A DNA stretch of 64,000 bases from Escherichia coli (GCA_902500055.1 GCA_902500055.1_4131.1); one strand, 5' to 3'; numbered from the stretch's first letter, positions 47,258 through 56,132 are shown. The notes: generated from the letters alone by a model not told the origin. Made by a program: numbers and translations.

Positions 47258-47602
47258 TTAAAGATCTTTTTTGCGTTTAACATCAGTTACCGAACTGTAA
47301 ACAGTGATATTATTGTCACGGCAAAAACGGGAAAGATAAGAACCGCGTAAAAACTCTTTATCTTCCATATTAATAACCTTGCTAAATTCTTCCATTGCTA
47401 CAGTGTCAAAGTGATCCCCGTATCCATATTGGAACGGCACGTTTACTACTTCAATAAAATTACCATCAATTTCTACGTCTACACTTAAAGAGAAATAAGT
47501 GTTACCATATGAAGCCTGGAACCAACGCCGAGCGGCAATATGTACAACTTCAACAGAAGACAGGTTGATATTTTGTTTTGCGATAGTGTTGATATTAGCC
47601 AT
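47258..47602 (-). CDS. hypothetical protein, paralog of 41302..41625
   Basis: 114 aa; shared YGYG and VKRKKD tail. Confidence 0.55.
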   Translation of the reverse strand: MANINTIAKQNINLSSVEVVHIAARRWFQASYGNTYFSLSVDVEIDGNFIEVVNVPFQYGYGDHFDTVAMEEFSKVINMEDKEFLRGSYLSRFCRDNNITVYSSVTDVKRKKDL

Positions 47603-47683
47603 TTTAATTTCCTCTTAGTTGTCTTGATAAAATCTATTATGCCAGTACTATCAAACTATGTCAATAGTACTGTGATAATATTT

Positions 47684-47896
47684 TTACTTACTTTCTTTCG
47701 CTGCTTTGTGCGTTGCCACTGCCATAACCACATCAGCACGAACAAAGTTTTTTACCGTGTCAGTGTAGTAATTGATTGCATCGTCAACATCTGTAAAAAT
47801 CCGATACATGCCGCACCACGATACTTTATAACCTTCTTTCACTTCTTCCAGCTTAACCAGTGATTTGTTTACTTTGATTTTTGTGATGATAGCCAT
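47684..47896 (-). CDS. hypothetical protein
   Basis: 70 aa; promoter TTGACA-17-CATAAT upstream, duplicated at 47620 and 47920. Confidence 0.5.
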   Translation of the reverse strand: MAIITKIKVNKSLVKLEEVKEGYKVSWCGMYRIFTDVDDAINYYTDTVKNFVRADVVMAVATHKAAKESK

Positions 47897-47980
47897 TATT
47901 GTTTCCTCTTAGTTGTCTTGATAAAATCTATTATGCCAGTACTATCAAACTATGTCAATAGTACTGTGATAATATTTTTA

Positions 47981-48121
47981 CTTACTTTTTGCTTTCTTTG
48001 CTGCTTCCACCTGGTCGGCCCACTCTTTACCCCATACCTGAGCGTTATAGTGATACTGACAAAGAGCAACGCCCCGCTTTAAACCAGTAATAGATTTCTG
48101 ACCACATTGACAAGTTTTCAT
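47981..48121 (-). CDS. small Cys-containing protein (46 aa), possible zinc ribbon
   Basis: Hand-translated MKTCQCGQKSITGLKRGVALCQYHY...; leader hairpin upstream. Confidence 0.35.
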
Positions 48122-48207
48122 TTTAGTTTCCTTGTAGTGGGGAGAACCATTTTCTCCCCTTGATGTAATGTATTATACTTTATTCGATTTACTTTGCAAG
48201 TACTTTT

Positions 48208-48435
48208 TTAATTTAATTCATCAAGGCAAAGGATACGCTCAACGCCCAAATCAGTTAAACTAATCGACGGCACTTGATAGGTTTCAATGTATGCTACACT
48301 TGCCCACTGACCGAACTCATTAACGGCCCAGGTATTCATTGCATTTTGCAATTCCGCACCTTCCTTGTTGGTAATGACTGCAACTACTTGTTCGTTGCCA
48401 GTAGTACCAGATACGCGAGTAATGATAATAGCCAT
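48208..48435 (-). CDS. hypothetical protein
   Basis: Track ORF trimmed to Met20 (MAIIITRVSG...). Confidence 0.5.
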   Translation of the reverse strand: MAIIITRVSGTTGNEQVVAVITNKEGAELQNAMNTWAVNEFGQWASVAYIETYQVPSISLTDLGVERILCLDELN

Positions 48436-48549
48436 TGTTTTGATTCCTTTGATTTGGAAGGAGAACCGTTTCCCCCTCTCGATGTAAAACATTATACGCT
48501 AATCTCTTAATCGTGCAAGTACTTTTTATTACTTTTTGCAAAATACTTT

Positions 48550-48650
48550 AAACGCACTCAATCGCATTCTAACGACTTTAACGCCACCAGCTAGGGCAAT
48601 GCATCAGATAAACAGTTTAATACGTTAGAATCGTTTCTAGGCGGTGCTGG
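48550..48650 (-). other. interleaved inverted repeats (A-B-A'-B')
   Basis: CGCATTCTAACG ... GCCACCAGC ... CGTTAGAATCG ... GCTGGTGGC. Confidence 0.4.
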
Positions 48651-48672
48651 TGGCCTGGTAAACGATAAACAC

Positions 48673-48698
48673 AAAAAAGCCCACTGTATAAGTGGGCT
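48673..48698 (-). terminator. intrinsic terminator after 48720..49202
   Basis: Hairpin AGCCCACTTATACAGTGGGCT followed by T-run on minus sense. Confidence 0.55.
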
Positions 48699-48719
48699 AA
48701 TGATTCAGTACTTTAATTG

Positions 48720-49202
48720 TTATGCTTCAACTTTGCGATGAGCTTCGATCCATTCCTCGCGAGTCATACCACTGGAGTTAATCGCATCCAGTACTACCGC
48801 AATGCAGTTACCACGCACCGGAATCAGATATTCTTCCCCGTTATCAAGTACTACCGCTACACGTTCTTGAATCCATTTTTTAGCTTTTACTTCTGGCTTA
48901 TCTTCACCGTACTTTTTCGCCAGGGCTTTTTGTGCCATCTCTGTAACTACTTCCAGATCCAATCCAACTACTGCCGCCTGAATACTTTCAATTGTTGCTT
49001 GTAGTTCTGCTTCACGGGCCGCCTTTGCCGCTTCAATTTCTGCCGCTTTATTTGCTTGTAGTTCTTTCGCAGTACTGTAAGCGATGTTAAAATTATTGCG
49101 TACCGCTTTCATGGTATCGTTATCCAGTTCAGCCAGGATCTCAGCCGCGACGTTAGTTTCATTTGCTACCAGTGCTTTGATGAATGATTTTACATTAGCC
49201 AT
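48720..49202 (-). CDS. Ala/Glu-rich coiled-coil protein, hypothetical
   Basis: Trimmed to Met6 (MANVKSF...) after GAGGA; central KAAEIEAAKAAREAELQATIESIQAA. Confidence 0.5.
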   Translation of the reverse strand: MANVKSFIKALVANETNVAAEILAELDNDTMKAVRNNFNIAYSTAKELQANKAAEIEAAKAAREAELQATIESIQAAVVGLDLEVVTEMAQKALAKKYGEDKPEVKAKKWIQERVAVVLDNGEEYLIPVRGNCIAVVLDAINSSGMTREEWIEAHRKVEA

Positions 49203-49408
49203 TTTATAAATCCTCAATTAAAGTTTAGTTTACGTTTATTAGTGTATCAAAGTTTTCTCGACGTGTCCAGTTTTTCGTTCGACTTACTGGCGGTCTACTT
49301 AGTGCTCCCCGTCTTGATGTAATACATTCTACGCTTTTCTGCGGTAATGTCAACTACTTTCTTAAAACTATTTTCAAAGTATCTCAGTACTACGATACTA
49401 CAAAAACA

Positions 49409-49430
49409 AAAAAAGCCCACCAGGTGGGCT
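49409..49430 (-). terminator. intrinsic terminator after 49437..49667
   Basis: Hairpin AGCCCACCTGGTGGGCT followed by T-run on minus sense. Confidence 0.5.
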
Positions 49431-49436
49431 ATGTAC

Positions 49437-49667
49437 TTAATCAGTGAGTAAAATATTAAACACTTTACCATTTAACGTTATTGGTGCACTGCTACCAGGC
49501 TCAAGATCCGTTAATATACCTGCAATCGCTTTATCATTGGCGACCTTTCCAGTGTCCAACAGTACTACAGTACTGATAAGATTAACGCTCGTTTCAATAT
49601 CATAATGCACGGCGTTAAGTAGTTGTGTAGTACTGCTTTCGTTAAGTAAAACAATTCGCTTAGTCAT
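49437..49667 (-). CDS. hypothetical protein
   Basis: 76 aa. Confidence 0.5.
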   Translation of the reverse strand: MTKRIVLLNESSTTQLLNAVHYDIETSVNLISTVVLLDTGKVANDKAIAGILTDLEPGSSAPITLNGKVFNILLTD

Positions 49668-49688
49668 GATGTTACCCCGTAGTATCTA

Positions 49689-49988
49689 TCAACGGCAATT
49701 AATAACGCCGGTATGCGTTACTTTCTCAGTATCCATTACAGTGACCGAACCGCGTTTAGTACTGGCATCATAATAAATTGTCGTGCTACCGTTTTCGTCT
49801 TCTTCATGGAACGGGCCGTTTTTAAATGCTTCCGGCTGAATCTCCAGATCCTTTAATACAATCTCGCCAGTACTTTCATCGGTCATTGCAACAGTGCACT
49901 GAATGAATTTTTCACTACTTACATCTAATGACGCATTAACAGCGAAAGAGGAAACAGATAAAGCCAGGGCGATGATTGTAATTTTCAT
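49689..49988 (-). CDS. secreted or periplasmic small protein
   Basis: 99 aa; N-terminal signal peptide MKITIIALALSVSSFAVNA with AxA-type cleavage site. Confidence 0.5.
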   Translation of the reverse strand: MKITIIALALSVSSFAVNASLDVSSEKFIQCTVAMTDESTGEIVLKDLEIQPEAFKNGPFHEEDENGSTTIYYDASTKRGSVTVMDTEKVTHTGVINCR

Positions 49989-50072
49989 TTGATTATCCTT
50001 AGTTACCAGGGGGAACCGCTCCCCCTTGCGATGTAAAATATTATACAGTACTAAAAACTATTATCAAGTACT

Positions 50073-50309
50073 TTATGATTTTTTATAAAACATTTCAGCA
50101 GTGATATTTTTACCCGTTGGCTGTACTTTATCCAGAATTTTTTGATGCCCTGGTCGTCCAAAGGAATATGATCCGTAAACAGTAAACCAGTAGTTGCCAT
50201 CAGTGTTTACATGTACAGCACAATAGGGTACGCCCCGCGATTCATCACTAGTAAAGTGTGCTACCGTTCCCGTTACATTCGAAGTCGTTGATTTGATTTG
50301 TTCAAGCAT
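50073..50309 (-). CDS. hypothetical protein
   Basis: 78 aa. Confidence 0.5.
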   Translation of the reverse strand: MLEQIKSTTSNVTGTVAHFTSDESRGVPYCAVHVNTDGNYWFTVYGSYSFGRPGHQKILDKVQPTGKNITAEMFYKKS

Positions 50310-50418
50310 TTTATTATTCCTTAGTTACCAGGGGGAACCGCTCCCCCTATGCAAAACATTATACGCGTTTAAAAACTAATTGCAAGTATTTTAATAAAAA
50401 GTATTTGAAAAATAGTTG

Positions 50419-50447
50419 TTGACAAGTGCATCCAGTACTGGCATAAT
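50419..50447 (+). promoter_or_regulatory. plus-strand sigma70-like promoter, divergent from early genes
   Basis: TTGACA-17 nt (CCAGTACTG)-CATAAT on the plus strand. Confidence 0.45.
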
Positions 50448-50448
50448 T

Positions 50449-50562
50449 ACTACATCAAGACGAAACAGTCACTAACCCACCGGGTGCCGAGATCCGTCTA
50501 TTAAATGATTCAGTACTGAAAAAGTAACGGGGAGTTATTATCTCCCCGCGTTGTTATTTTGT
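50449..50562 (+). ncRNA. candidate short plus-strand transcript
   Basis: Runs from the promoter at 50419 to hairpin CGGGGAGTTATTATCTCCCCG plus T-rich tract; contains CCCACCGGGTGC box; no ORF. Confidence 0.25.
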
Positions 50563-50775
50563 AAGGTATAAACAGAAGTCGCCTTTATTTGCTACGCCGC
50601 CAGTGTAACGCGATGAATAGTTAGAAACGTCCTGGACTTCTGCTATTACCAGGGTATCATCATTCAATTCGTCGCAGAAGCAAACGGCTGGATCTTGTAC
50701 GCCGATTTTGTCGGCATGTTCCCGCATAGATTTCACCAGTGCTTCCAGTTGGGAAAGAGTAGTGATATTAGCCAT
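50554..50775 (-). CDS. hypothetical protein
   Basis: Track ORF trimmed to Met11 (MANITTLSQ...). Confidence 0.5.
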   Translation of the reverse strand: MANITTLSQLEALVKSMREHADKIGVQDPAVCFCDELNDDTLVIAEVQDVSNYSSRYTGGVANKGDFCLYLTK

Positions 50776-50863
50776 TTTATTTTCCTCATTACCAGGGAGA
50801 ACCATTTCTCCCTTTGATGTAAACCATTATACAGTACTGAAAACTAATTGCAAGTACTTTTTT

Positions 50864-51124
50864 TCAGTATTGTTTATCGTCGTCTTCCTCGATGAATTGA
50901 CCGACGAAATGATCTACTTTCGCTTTGAGGCTTTTATAATCTTCTTCTACTTCCGTTAAACGTTCCTGGTAGTATTCCAGTGCCTCAAGATACGCCGCCT
51001 CAGCAGTTTTTGCACGCATAGCTAAATTCATTCCACGCGTTTCATCATAAAGCCAATAACCATCGGTGCACTGGCTAATAGATAATGACTTGCTTAGTGC
51101 TGTATAGCTAATTACTTTACTCAT
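50864..51124 (-). CDS. hypothetical protein
   Basis: 86 aa. Confidence 0.5.
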   Translation of the reverse strand: MSKVISYTALSKSLSISQCTDGYWLYDETRGMNLAMRAKTAEAAYLEALEYYQERLTEVEEDYKSLKAKVDHFVGQFIEEDDDKQY

Positions 51125-51181
51125 TAGATAACCCTCAGTAAAGGCGGGAACTATTACCCGCCATTATCTCAGTACTGAATA

Positions 51182-51421
51182 TTACATTCCAACCATTGCA
51201 GCACGGATCGCCGTAGTGCTATACTTGAATCCGTCCGGCGTTGTAGTAGTACCGTTGGCTTTTAATCTGCGGTACATACATTCCGCAGCAATATCTTTCG
51301 TTTTACTTTGTGCGATGCAATTTTGAGCAATCCGGTATAATGATTCATCGTTATTGATCCAAAGGCTTACATTCCAATGAGTTTTGTTTTTGTGCCCGTT
51401 GTAAGTTTTAGTACTAGCCAT
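51182..51421 (-). CDS. hypothetical protein, paralog of 53221..53460
   Basis: Trimmed to Met11 (MASTKTYNGHKNKTHWNVSLWINNDE...); shared C-terminal PDGFKYSTTAIRAAMVGM. Confidence 0.55.
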   Translation of the reverse strand: MASTKTYNGHKNKTHWNVSLWINNDESLYRIAQNCIAQSKTKDIAAECMYRRLKANGTTTTPDGFKYSTTAIRAAMVGM

Positions 51422-51511
51422 TTTTAAATCCTCGTTTGAGCGGGGAACCACTCCCCGCCTTGATGTAAAGTATTATACGCTTTTAAACTTAGTTTACAAG
51501 TACTTTTTAAA

Positions 51512-52120
51512 TTAATATTCGATTGATTCCACTACGCCATCAATAACATTGAATTGATATTCGTTACCCTCAATCAGTGCAGTAATGTTTTCAGTAGTGA
51601 ATTGATCCTCATATGCATTCTCTAAATCACGGTACAACTTACGAGATAATTCACGGATCGCATCAGTCAGTAAGTTTTCCAGATCCTCAGCCAATGCCGC
51701 CTGTTTTACAGTTAAATCAGTGTAGCGAGTATCAACGCAACCGCCTACCGTGTTTTCGTGTGCGTAGCGTGATTGGAAACGTTCTACACTCATTTCTAAA
51801 TCATCCTCGTTCAACAGGTGACGGATTGAACGATATTTCGTTAACGCCTTAACCTTGCGTAAAAACTTCTCAGCGTCAACGTGGTTAGTACTGATTGATG
51901 CACCGTCACCTTGCGACCAAAAACCACTGTATTGCAATTCAGCTTCATCTATGCCGTATTCTGGTAGTACTGTTTCTTTATAGTACTCGATAACGCCCTC
52001 AGCAAAGAAATTATCCTCACATGAACGCTCACGATCCCGAACCAGTTCAATAGCCGCCGTTTTTTGTTCTGCGTTCAGTTCAGAAAAAGCCATAACAAAA
52101 GTAGTAGTGATAGTTTTCAT
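51512..52120 (-). CDS. hypothetical protein
   Basis: 202 aa; motif SGFWSQGDGAS; preceded by duplicated leader cassette. Confidence 0.55.
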   Translation of the reverse strand: MKTITTTFVMAFSELNAEQKTAAIELVRDRERSCEDNFFAEGVIEYYKETVLPEYGIDEAELQYSGFWSQGDGASISTNHVDAEKFLRKVKALTKYRSIRHLLNEDDLEMSVERFQSRYAHENTVGGCVDTRYTDLTVKQAALAEDLENLLTDAIRELSRKLYRDLENAYEDQFTTENITALIEGNEYQFNVIDGVVESIEY

Positions 52121-52140
52121 TTTGTAACCCTCATTCAGTA

Positions 52141-52282
52141 GTTGATGTAAGTATTATACGCTTTTACTTTCTATTGTCAAACTATTTTATCAGGGGAGTT
52201 TTTCGTGTGCCTTACTCCTGGGCTACTTAACGGGAAGTTACTTATTTCGTTCCCCGTCCTGATGTAAAACATTATACGCCTT
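52141..52282 (-). repeat. duplicated ~140-bp leader cassette, copy 2
   Basis: Near-identical to 42009..42150. Confidence 0.55.
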
Positions 52283-52344
52283 TAAACATAGTTTACAAGT
52301 ACTTTTTAAAAATAGTTTTCAGTACTGAATATTAAAAAAAAGTA

Positions 52345-52373
52345 TTGACAGCATTATCAAGTACTGGCATAAT
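52345..52373 (+). promoter_or_regulatory. plus-strand sigma70-like promoter
   Basis: TTGACA-17 nt-CATAAT, followed by CCCACCGGGTGC box. Confidence 0.4.
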
Positions 52374-52547
52374 ATACCCCATGACAACAGCTAACCCACC
52401 GGGTGCACAATTGTAACTATACTAAACTAATTTTTCTATAGATACACTCCCGCACCCTATGGGCTACGGCTTATCTGCCAATGAATACATTATGCCAGTA
52501 CTGACAAAATAAGTCAATACCGGCAATTGTAAAGATTTGTAAACTGC

Positions 52548-52784
52548 TTATACTGCAATCGCGTCCAGGCTGTAATAATAATAAGTGCCGTATTGGTGTA
52601 CTTTATTACCTTTTATTTCAGTACTGAATGAATCCGAACGGTTTGCATATGATGTTAATTTAAAGTACTTTGATTTGCTGATACGTTGCCATACACCACA
52701 GATCCGCTGTAAGTAAGTAGTTTTATTCGTGGTAGTATCTTTTACGGTTTTAACTTCAGTCATATACATATTAGTCATTTTCAT
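52548..52784 (-). CDS. hypothetical protein
   Basis: 78 aa. Confidence 0.45.
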   Translation of the reverse strand: MKMTNMYMTEVKTVKDTTTNKTTYLQRICGVWQRISKSKYFKLTSYANRSDSFSTEIKGNKVHQYGTYYYYSLDAIAV

Positions 52785-52865
52785 TACTCCAGGTTATAGG
52801 CGGGAAGAGTTCCCGCTCTCGATGTAAAACATTATACGCTTTTATCAGTACGGTGCAAGTACTTT

Positions 52866-53132
52866 TTATTCAAGTACTGCAATCTTTTTAGTACGGTACA
52901 CGGTCACGCGGTTGCCCTTTCGGTCGAGCTTTATTTCTACCACTCGACGCGATACACTATCGGGACTTTTTAAGGCCGCTAACCAGTACTGTAATGATCT
53001 GGCCGTACTACGCTTTACAATGGCCCAACGTTCACCACTTGCCGATCCCGCTCCCATATCTTTAAACGTTGCCCCGTCCTGGCGTGCGGCGATCCGAGCT
53101 TGTTCACGCGTCGCAAAATACTTAATATTCAT
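52866..53132 (-). CDS. hypothetical protein, paralog of 40811..41206
   Basis: Trimmed to MNIKYFATREQARIA... Confidence 0.55.
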   Translation of the reverse strand: MNIKYFATREQARIAARQDGATFKDMGAGSASGERWAIVKRSTARSLQYWLAALKSPDSVSRRVVEIKLDRKGNRVTVYRTKKIAVLE

Positions 53133-53220
53133 GTTGTTGCCCTTATCGTTGGTGTATGAATAAAACACTATTATAAAGTACTATCCCCGTGCAATAGTAC
53201 TTTAAATAAATTCTATTCTA

Positions 53221-53460
53221 TTACATTCCAACCATAGCCGCACGGATCGCAGTAGTGCTATATTTGAATCCGTCCGGTGTTTTATCTTGTCCAGTCTGTT
53301 CTAAAAATAACATCATATGACGGGCCGCATCATTGCGATTAGTATTGGCGGCAATAAAGTCCAGGGCCAACCGATACAATCCCTCATCGTTATTAATCCA
53401 CAGGCTTACATTCCAATGAGTTTTGTTTTTGTGACCTAAGAACATTTTTGATTTAGCCAT
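53221..53460 (-). CDS. hypothetical protein, paralog of 51182..51421
   Basis: Trimmed to Met14 (MAKSKMFLGHKNKTHWNVSLWINNDE...). Confidence 0.55.
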   Translation of the reverse strand: MAKSKMFLGHKNKTHWNVSLWINNDEGLYRLALDFIAANTNRNDAARHMMLFLEQTGQDKTPDGFKYSTTAIRAAMVGM

Positions 53461-53552
53461 TTTTTTAATCCTCTTATATAGTGGGGAACTATTCCCCACC
53501 TGATGTAAAACATTATACGCTTTTATTCAGTACTGTCAAACTAATTTTTAAC

Positions 53553-53915
53553 TTATTCGTAAATTTTGCCACTGTCAGCCCATACCAGGAAACGAGGCAT
53601 ATTATCCCATGCATCTTGTTTTAAATTTAAACCGTGTAATACTTCTGTACTTTCCATTCCTGGTACTGGTTTACTATACACCGCGAAATTTTCGCCCATA
53701 TACTGATAAACCATCGTCAAATCACTGGCGATCATCTTATGGATCATCGCATCAAGCATCACGGTGGCGGCGTATTGTTCACGCTTAAGCGGCAGCATTT
53801 TAATCAGTTCGCGGTATGCGTCAATGTGAGTTTTAACCGTTGCCGCCGGAAGATCTTTCATATCGTCGCGGAAGTTAACCAGGTTAGCAATGATTTTAGT
53901 GATTTGAGTCGCCAT
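53553..53915 (-). CDS. hypothetical protein
   Basis: 120 aa; first gene of the early-like cluster. Confidence 0.55.
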   Translation of the reverse strand: MATQITKIIANLVNFRDDMKDLPAATVKTHIDAYRELIKMLPLKREQYAATVMLDAMIHKMIASDLTMVYQYMGENFAVYSKPVPGMESTEVLHGLNLKQDAWDNMPRFLVWADSGKIYE

Positions 53916-54028
53916 CGTTTTAATCTCTTAAAAGTGAGTAGGGAAGTGTTCCCGCTCTCGATGTAAAACATTATACGCTTTTTTCAGTACTGTGCAAGTA
54001 CTTTCTACAAATACTTTTAAAATAGTTT

Positions 54029-54125
54029 TCTTTCTATATAGGGGAACTATTATTCAGTACTGAATCAATCCAGGGGAACTATCTTTCTATATAGGAGTAC
54101 TATTATTCAGTACTGAATCAATCCA
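54029..54125 (+). repeat. two ~43-bp direct repeats
   Basis: TCTTTCTATATAGGGGAACTATTATTCAGTACTGAATCAATCCA repeated with 2 mismatches. Confidence 0.6.
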
Positions 54126-54277
54126 CTAAATCATCCCTATACCCCGTAAAACGGCCTCAGACGCATTCTAACGCATTAATACACCTAAGCTATACATTTG
54201 CACCATTCTAATCATTCCAGGGCTTTACGGGCCGTTTAAACGCGTTAAATTATTTTCAATTATTTTGTTTTTAGGTA

Positions 54278-54305
54278 TTGACTTGATCCTGAAAAAGCGT
54301 ATAAT
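54278..54305 (+). promoter_or_regulatory. plus-strand sigma70-like promoter
   Basis: TTGACT-16 nt-TATAAT. Confidence 0.4.
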
Positions 54306-54493
54306 TACTACATAGACGCGAGAAAGCGGAAACCCCAGGGGGTGCGGAATTACGCCCAAAATTCAAGATATAAAAAAAGGATACACTCCCGCACCCTAGC
54401 AGGCAAACGCACTTTCTCAGTACTGAAATATAGTACCATAGTCCGGCCCAGGATAGCAAGCAAATTAATTAAAATTTTTTTGCTTCCAGGGTA

Positions 54494-54521
54494 TTGCTTT
54501 ATTTTTTCAGTACTGTATAAT
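54494..54521 (+). promoter_or_regulatory. plus-strand sigma70-like promoter
   Basis: TTGCTT-16 nt (CAGTACTG)-TATAAT; downstream sequence paralogous to that after 54305. Confidence 0.4.
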
Positions 54522-54743
54522 AGTTCCATCAAGTCGAGAAAGACTCAAGCCCACCGGGTGCATAGTTACGCCCAAAATTCAGTACTGAAAAAATTTTTAA
54601 AAATATCCGTCCAGGCCGTTGACATTGCCCCCAGTTTATAAGATAATGATTCCAGATTCAGAAAAATCTAACTCCAGATACTGCGGGGAAACTATCCCCA
54701 CGCGGTAGGGGAACTATTGGAAAAAACAAAATAAAATTTTGAT

Positions 54744-54870
54744 TTAGCCGTCTATACTTCCAGACGTGTAACCATCTAGCCGTTTAGCCGTCCAAACGTC
54801 TAGCCATCCAGCCATCCAGAAATCTAGCCGTTTAGCCGTCTAGATGGATAGCCATCTTTACTTCCAGACT
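54744..54870 (+). repeat. iteron-like short direct repeats
   Basis: At least 8 copies of TAGCC(G/A)T within ~110 bp, flanked by CTTCCAGAC x2. Confidence 0.5.
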
Positions 54871-55925
54871 TCTGGAGGGCTAGACATATCTACGTCCAAA
54901 ATCCACCCAGGGTAACTACACCCAAAATCCGTCAGTACTATACCATAGATCTATCTTTTGAAAGGGAGTATTCAGTACTGCCATCATAGCCCTCACTATG
55001 TTACCCTAGGAGGATGAAGACCATCATGTAGTACTGAATACTGTTAGAGGGAATCCACCAGCTTGTGCTGGTGGCATAATGCATTAAATTAAAATCAGTA
55101 CTGACACCATTCTGTTAATATCAGTACTGTTTATATTACGAAAAAAGAGGTTATAAAAAGATGTACCACCCATAGGAGGAACTATCCTTTCAGTACTGTC
55201 TCACGACAGGAGGTAGAGTGAATGAATTGTTTGCGGCAACTCATCTCTCTATGTAGAACATTATACAGTACTGAATCATAATGTCAATAGCTTTCTTTCA
55301 TTATTCAGTACTGATATTCTTGAGAACTACCCGACTACAAACATCATTATATCCCACAAATCATAAACGTCCCAACGTAAATTTCAACTTTCGAAGATCC
55401 AACTTTTATTTCATAGGTACTCCAAAATTTTTAGGATCGAGATTTAGGATGGAGTACTAACCAACTTTTTGCTGGAGCCTCAAGGGGTAATGGAATTTTA
55501 CCCCGAAGGGTAAAAGGGTAATTGTAATTAAGGTGAAAGTAATAATTCAGTACTAATCATTGTGTGATTACTTTTGATTACATTTGATGTAATTTGCAAA
55601 ATGGAAAAGGAGCTTGGAAACTACAAAGTACGGCAGACTTCCTCTGCCTACTTAGTGGGATATCAGTACTGAATCATTCACACACATTTCCGTGCATTCT
55701 TGAGCAATCTTGTCTATACTAATCAGTACTGAATCATATATAATCATTCTGTGATTCTACGGTGCTCATATAAATGTTTATATATGATTACTTATGACTA
55801 CCTATGATTACGGGGTTTAGCCTGGGGAGAATCCTAGTGATCGCATTTGTCCAGGCTGAATTTTAACAATTCGCCTGTACATAAAGGTTGTTCACTAGGA
55901 GCTTCCCCTGTCTCTATGTGTTTAA

Positions 55926-56117
55926 TTACTTTCTATATATAAGCATTAAGATATAGTAGTACTGATTATACTGTACATTCTCTTTAATATTATAAGGGTC
56001 TATAGCAATCTCGGTACATCTGTTAAATGCATATCTATTAAATGCCAGTGGAATTATAGATCTAATCCATACTTGTTCATTTTCTTTTAGTTTACTTATA
56101 TAGAAGTTTTTATACAT
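55926..56117 (-). CDS. famC paralog (KEYY...LIFRY small protein)
   Basis: 63 aa; MYKNFYISKL...ILMLIYRK. Confidence 0.5.
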   Translation of the reverse strand: MYKNFYISKLKENEQVWIRSIIPLAFNRYAFNRCTEIAIDPYNIKENVQYNQYYYILMLIYRK

Positions 56118-56132
56118 AGTATTCTCTATTAA

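Larger units (their letters stand above)
53916..55925. other. ~2 kb ORF-free region dense in repeats and promoter-like sites
   Basis: No credible ORF; direct repeats, TAGCCGT iterons, many CAGTACTG palindromes, at least two plus-strand promoters. Confidence 0.6.

Noticed and set aside
54271-54641. Track ORFs 54271..54459, 54342..54641 and 54350..54532 in the ORF-free region
   Set aside because: They overlap each other on both strands, span promoter-like and repeat sequence, and have no RBS; treated as non-coding
53916-55925. tRNA genes
   Set aside because: No GGTTCGAATCC-like T-arm or cloverleaf-compatible sequence found by eye; a tRNAscan run would be needed to be certain
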